NCBI GenBank assembly: GCA_046597455.1
Contig: JBKJKJ010000415.1
Location: 1 to 49,734, forward strand
DNA: 49,734 nt
Origin: Burkholderiales bacterium
GTDB lineage: Bacteria; Pseudomonadota; Gammaproteobacteria; Burkholderiales; SG8-41
Direction of reading: 5' to 3'
Part shown: one piece after another, positions 46,338-49,734 of the stretch
Layout: each line of letters starts with the position of its first letter
How positions within the stretch are numbered: position 1 is the stretch's first letter
Notes under the pieces: generated by a model
What the model saw: only the letters and a program-made list of their open reading frames with translations
Database searches by the model: none
What the model was told of the DNA's origin: nothing
Program-made: the position numbers and the translations under genes

Positions 46338-47351
46338 ATGAAACACGGGTTCGCCATGCGTATGAGCGCCATCGCCGCAAGCGTGCTGATCGGGTTCTCC
46401 ACCCTGGCGGCAGCGGCGACTCCACCGGCCCCGTCAACCGGCTACGCGCAGGCCTTCCCGGTGCGGCCCGTGCGGATGATCATCTCCAATGCAGGCGGCT
46501 CTGCGCCCGATGTCGTCGGCCGCCTGCTGGGCGCGAAGCTCTCGGAAACGTGGGGGCATCCCGTCGTGATCGACAACCGCCCCGGCGCCTCGGGCCTCAT
46601 TGCTGCAGAGACGCTCGCCAAGTCCGCGCCTGACGGGCACACCCTGTGGCTGAGCACCATGACGCAGCTGATCAGCACGCTCATGTACCAGCGTTATCCG
46701 CTCGCGACCGAATTCGCGCCCGTTGCCCTCGTCGGGACGACGCCTTTCGTGCTCGTGGTGAGCACGGCACTTCCGGTGAAGTCGGTGGCAGACTGGATCG
46801 CCTATGCCAAAGCGAGACCAGGTCAGCTGCTGTTCGGCTCCGGAGGCCAGTGGGGCTCATCGCATCTGTGCATGGAGTCGTTCAATTCGATCGCCGGGCT
46901 CAAGCTCGTCCACGTGCCGTACAAAAGCACGACCAGCGCGCTCACCGATCTCATCGGCGGCCAGATACACATCTATTGCCCGGCGGCGCCCTCGCTGCCC
47001 GCCTTCACGCAAAGCGGGCGCGTGCGGTCGATCGGCGTGACGTACCAGAAGCCCACACCGCTGGTGCCGGGCGTGGCGCCGGTTGCCGATACGCTGCCGG
47101 GATTCGAGCTCCTCGGCTGGTACGGGATGCAGGCGCCGCTGCGCACGCCGCAGAACGTCGTGTCGCGGATCAACGTCGATCTGGTCAAGGCGCTCGGCAA
47201 TCCGGAGCTTCAGGAGCGGCTTTTCGCAGTGGGGGCGCAGGCCGCGGGCTCGACGCCTGCGGAGTTCGGACACTTTCTGCAGAAGGAAACCGAGCGCTGG
47301 GAGAAGCTGATGCGCGAAGGCGGGATGGTTCCCGGGAGCAAAGCCCCGTGA
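46338..47351 (+). CDS. Bug/TctC substrate-binding protein
   Basis: Signal peptide, FPVRPVRMIISNAGGSAPD, DNRPGASG, HVPYKS. Confidence 0.9.
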   Translation: MKHGFAMRMSAIAASVLIGFSTLAAAATPPAPSTGYAQAFPVRPVRMIISNAGGSAPDVVGRLLGAKLSETWGHPVVIDNRPGASGLIAAETLAKSAPDGHTLWLSTMTQLISTLMYQRYPLATEFAPVALVGTTPFVLVVSTALPVKSVADWIAYAKARPGQLLFGSGGQWGSSHLCMESFNSIAGLKLVHVPYKSTTSALTDLIGGQIHIYCPAAPSLPAFTQSGRVRSIGVTYQKPTPLVPGVAPVADTLPGFELLGWYGMQAPLRTPQNVVSRINVDLVKALGNPELQERLFAVGAQAAGSTPAEFGHFLQKETERWEKLMREGGMVPGSKAP

Positions 47352-47354
47352 CGG

Positions 47355-48206
47355 TCAGTCGGACTTGCGGGGCGCGTACACCGCGTGGCCATCCCCCGCG
47401 ATGAAGCCCCGGGGCGCGACGCCCAGGCAGCGCCGGAACATCGTCGAGAACGCGCTCGGGCTTTCGTAGCCGAGGTCCATCGCGACCGTCGTCACGGGTG
47501 CGCCTTCGGCCAGACGACGAATCGATTCGAGTAGCCGGGCCTGCTGCTTCCAGCGCGCGAAGGTGATTCCGGTTTCTCTCAGGAAGCGCCGGTACAGGGT
47601 GCGGGAGCTCGTCTGCATGGCGTTGGCGTCGAAGCCGCACGGCCTGCGCGTCGACAAGTCCTCGAGTATGCGTTCGCACAATTGCGTCAGATCGGGGCTC
47701 TCGGGCAAAGGCAGGTCGAGCGCGCACTGCGGCAGGCACCGGATCTCCGCCATCAGCAAACGCATGAGCAGGCCGTCATCCCCGTGCTCGTCGTAGCCCA
47801 CGGGCAGCGCGACGGCGCGCACGACCAGCTCGCGCAGGAGCGGTGTCACGTCGAGCACGACGCACGAGGACGGCATGCCCGCTGCAGCCGCACCATTCAC
47901 ATAGAGGCTGCGCATTTCGACGCCGCCGTACATCTGGATCTCGTGCACGGTGTGCGAAGGCACCCACAAGGCGCGGCTGGGCGGCACGATCCAGGCCCGG
48001 CGGGGTGTGCGCACCGCCATCGTGCCCTCGACGGCGAAAACGAACTGGGCGCGGGCGTGCCAGTGCGGTTTGACGTGATGGCCTTTGGGATACGACGAAC
48101 GCCGCGTGACGATGGCGCGCGTGCTCTCGCCCTCGACGGGACTTTCGGGGACCGATGACAGATCGACCTCGTCAGGCGGGTGGGCGGCCGGGAGTGTAAT
48201 GTCCAT
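47355..48206 (-). CDS. AraC family transcriptional regulator (cupin + HTH, NimR-like)
   Basis: HWHARAQ, WIVPPSRALWVP...HE, SRTLYRRF..ETG.TF..W, LGYESPSAFSTMFRR. Confidence 0.92.
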   Translation of the reverse strand: MDITLPAAHPPDEVDLSSVPESPVEGESTRAIVTRRSSYPKGHHVKPHWHARAQFVFAVEGTMAVRTPRRAWIVPPSRALWVPSHTVHEIQMYGGVEMRSLYVNGAAAAGMPSSCVVLDVTPLLRELVVRAVALPVGYDEHGDDGLLMRLLMAEIRCLPQCALDLPLPESPDLTQLCERILEDLSTRRPCGFDANAMQTSSRTLYRRFLRETGITFARWKQQARLLESIRRLAEGAPVTTVAMDLGYESPSAFSTMFRRCLGVAPRGFIAGDGHAVYAPRKSD

Positions 48207-48300
48207 TTCTAGGGGGTTGGATGTAAAAGCTCGAGAGCAGGACGATTGTAGCCGAGGGAAACTCGGGGCGCACCCTCCTACCCTCTTCGAGTGATCACCC

Positions 48301-49542
48301 ATGTCGCTGGCGCCCTCCGCTTCCAACGCTCCCGCCCTGCCGCCGGACACAGACACGGCCGTCTGGTCCCCGATCGTGAGCCTGTTGCTGAACATCGCGC
48401 ACGGCATCGATCACATGTTCCTGCTGATCTTCGCGACCGCGGTGGGAACGATCGCGATCGAGTTTGGTTACACGAACTGGGCTGATCTCATGCCGTACAG
48501 CGTGGGCGCATTTGCACTGTTCGGCCTGGGGTCGCTGCCCGCCGGGAGGCTGGGCGACCTGTGGGGCCGCCGCGCCATGATGGTCATTTTCTTCGTCGGG
48601 ATCGGCGTGGCGGCATTGCTCACGGCGCTCACGCAAAATGCGTGGCAGCTCGCGATCGGGCTCATGCTCATCGGGATGTTCGCTTCGATCTACCACCCCG
48701 TAGGTATACCGATGCTCGTGCAGAATGTTCCGAATCCGGGCGCAGTGATCGGTGTGAACGGCTTTGCCGGCAATATCGGGATCGCGGTCGCCGCGCTCGT
48801 GACCGGCTTGCTGATCAAGTGGATCGGCTGGCGGGCCGCGTTTGCCGTGCCGGGCGTCCTCGCCATCCTCTTCGGTGTCGTCTTTGCCGTGGTGTGTCCG
48901 CCGGAGACCGAGGCGCCTTCGAAGCGCAAGGGCAAAGCGAAAGTCTTGCTGTCGCCCGCCATGCTGGTGCGGGTGTTCGCGGTCATGACCGTGGCTGCCG
49001 TCGCCGGCAGCCTCGTCTTCAACCTCACGACCAACGGCAACTCGCAACTGCTGTCCGAGCGGTTTCGCGGCGTGCTCGAAGATCCTGCCGTGCTGGGCGC
49101 ACTGCTCGCGGTGATTTACACCGTGGCGTCGCTCGCGCAGCTCGTCGTCGGGCGGCTGATCGACAGCATGCCTTTCAAGCCGCTGCAGCTGTGGATGTCC
49201 GTCATCCAGGTGCCGCTGCTGATCATCGCGGCGTACGCGCAGGACTGGTGGCTGTTCGTGGCGCTGCTGGCCGTGATGATTTTCGTATTCGGTTCGATTC
49301 CGTTCACCGACGCGATGATCGTGCGCTACGTCGACGACCGGCTGCGCTCGCGCGTGGCGGGGATGCGGCTCACGGTGGCCTTCGGCATCAGCTCGCTCGC
49401 CGTGTGGCTGCTCGGACCGATGGTCAAAGGCATGGGTTTCGCGGCGGTGCTCTGGGTGATGGCGGTGATCGCCGCGCTCAGGACCGCTATCGTTCTGTTG
49501 TTGCCTGACGAGCCGCCGACGCAGGACCCCGCGCGGACCTGA
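48301..49542 (+). CDS. MFS transporter
   Basis: About 12 TM segments, motif A GRLGDLWGRR, second-half GRLID; divergent from the AraC gene. Confidence 0.92.
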   Translation: MSLAPSASNAPALPPDTDTAVWSPIVSLLLNIAHGIDHMFLLIFATAVGTIAIEFGYTNWADLMPYSVGAFALFGLGSLPAGRLGDLWGRRAMMVIFFVGIGVAALLTALTQNAWQLAIGLMLIGMFASIYHPVGIPMLVQNVPNPGAVIGVNGFAGNIGIAVAALVTGLLIKWIGWRAAFAVPGVLAILFGVVFAVVCPPETEAPSKRKGKAKVLLSPAMLVRVFAVMTVAAVAGSLVFNLTTNGNSQLLSERFRGVLEDPAVLGALLAVIYTVASLAQLVVGRLIDSMPFKPLQLWMSVIQVPLLIIAAYAQDWWLFVALLAVMIFVFGSIPFTDAMIVRYVDDRLRSRVAGMRLTVAFGISSLAVWLLGPMVKGMGFAAVLWVMAVIAALRTAIVLLLPDEPPTQDPART

Positions 49543-49617
49543 CGGGTGCGGTGGTCGCGCGCTGCGCGTTCCACTGGGATCCGTTATGCGTGGACTTTCA
49601 GTTTGTCCGTCCGGCAG

Positions 49618-49734
49618 TCACGGCTTTCCCCATTTGAGCGCCCCGGCCTGCCGATAGGTGTTTTTGCCCGCGCGTTTGGCCTCGTAGAGCGCCTGATCGG
49701 CGCTGTTCATCAAGGCATCGACGTCTTCGCCGTG
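49618..49734 (-). CDS. 3' end of a GGDEF-domain protein (partial)
   Basis: HGEDVDALMNSADQALYEAKRAGKNTY, the canonical GGDEF C-terminus. Confidence 0.85.
   Translation of the reverse strand, partial: HGEDVDALMNSADQALYEAKRAGKNTYRQAGALKWGKP

Noticed and set aside
1-49734. CRISPR array, tRNA, rRNA, integrase or transposase genes
   Set aside because: No regularly spaced repeat-spacer units, RNA gene signatures or recombinase motifs found by eye

Overview
High-GC bacterial DNA, most consistent with a Betaproteobacterium (Burkholderiales-like) given the expansion of Bug/TctC tripartite tricarboxylate transporter receptors (11 complete, 1 partial, no tctA/tctB in the window). From 0.8 to 16.4 kb, a CysB/Cbl-like LysR gene is divergent from a long acyl-CoA catabolic operon: two CaiB/BaiF CoA-transferases, a mesaconyl-CoA C1:C4 CoA-transferase (Mct)-like gene, four non-canonical crotonases, a CapA-like metallophosphoesterase, a split AtuA, an acyl-CoA dehydrogenase and three Bug receptors. 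From 16.4 to 32.4 kb there are more Bug genes, a second split AtuA, an Fe-S flavoenzyme, a TauD dioxygenase, two gene remnants and an orphan Cys-His-Asp (HopX/AvrPphE-like) protein. From 32.6 to 39.8 kb is a signalling patch: response regulator, soluble histidine kinase, membrane diguanylate cyclase, and a c-di-GMP-I riboswitch ahead of a small unknown gene. From 39.8 to 49.7 kb are a Lin0512 pair, an NHL protein, a TfdA-like dioxygenase, an SDR/LLM/Bug unit and an AraC/MFS pair. The most unusual item is a stand-alone 400-aa gene fusing a 4-TM membrane domain to an intact tetrameric-type cytidine deaminase, a candidate new defence or sensing system. All family assignments come from motif recognition by eye; no database searches were run.
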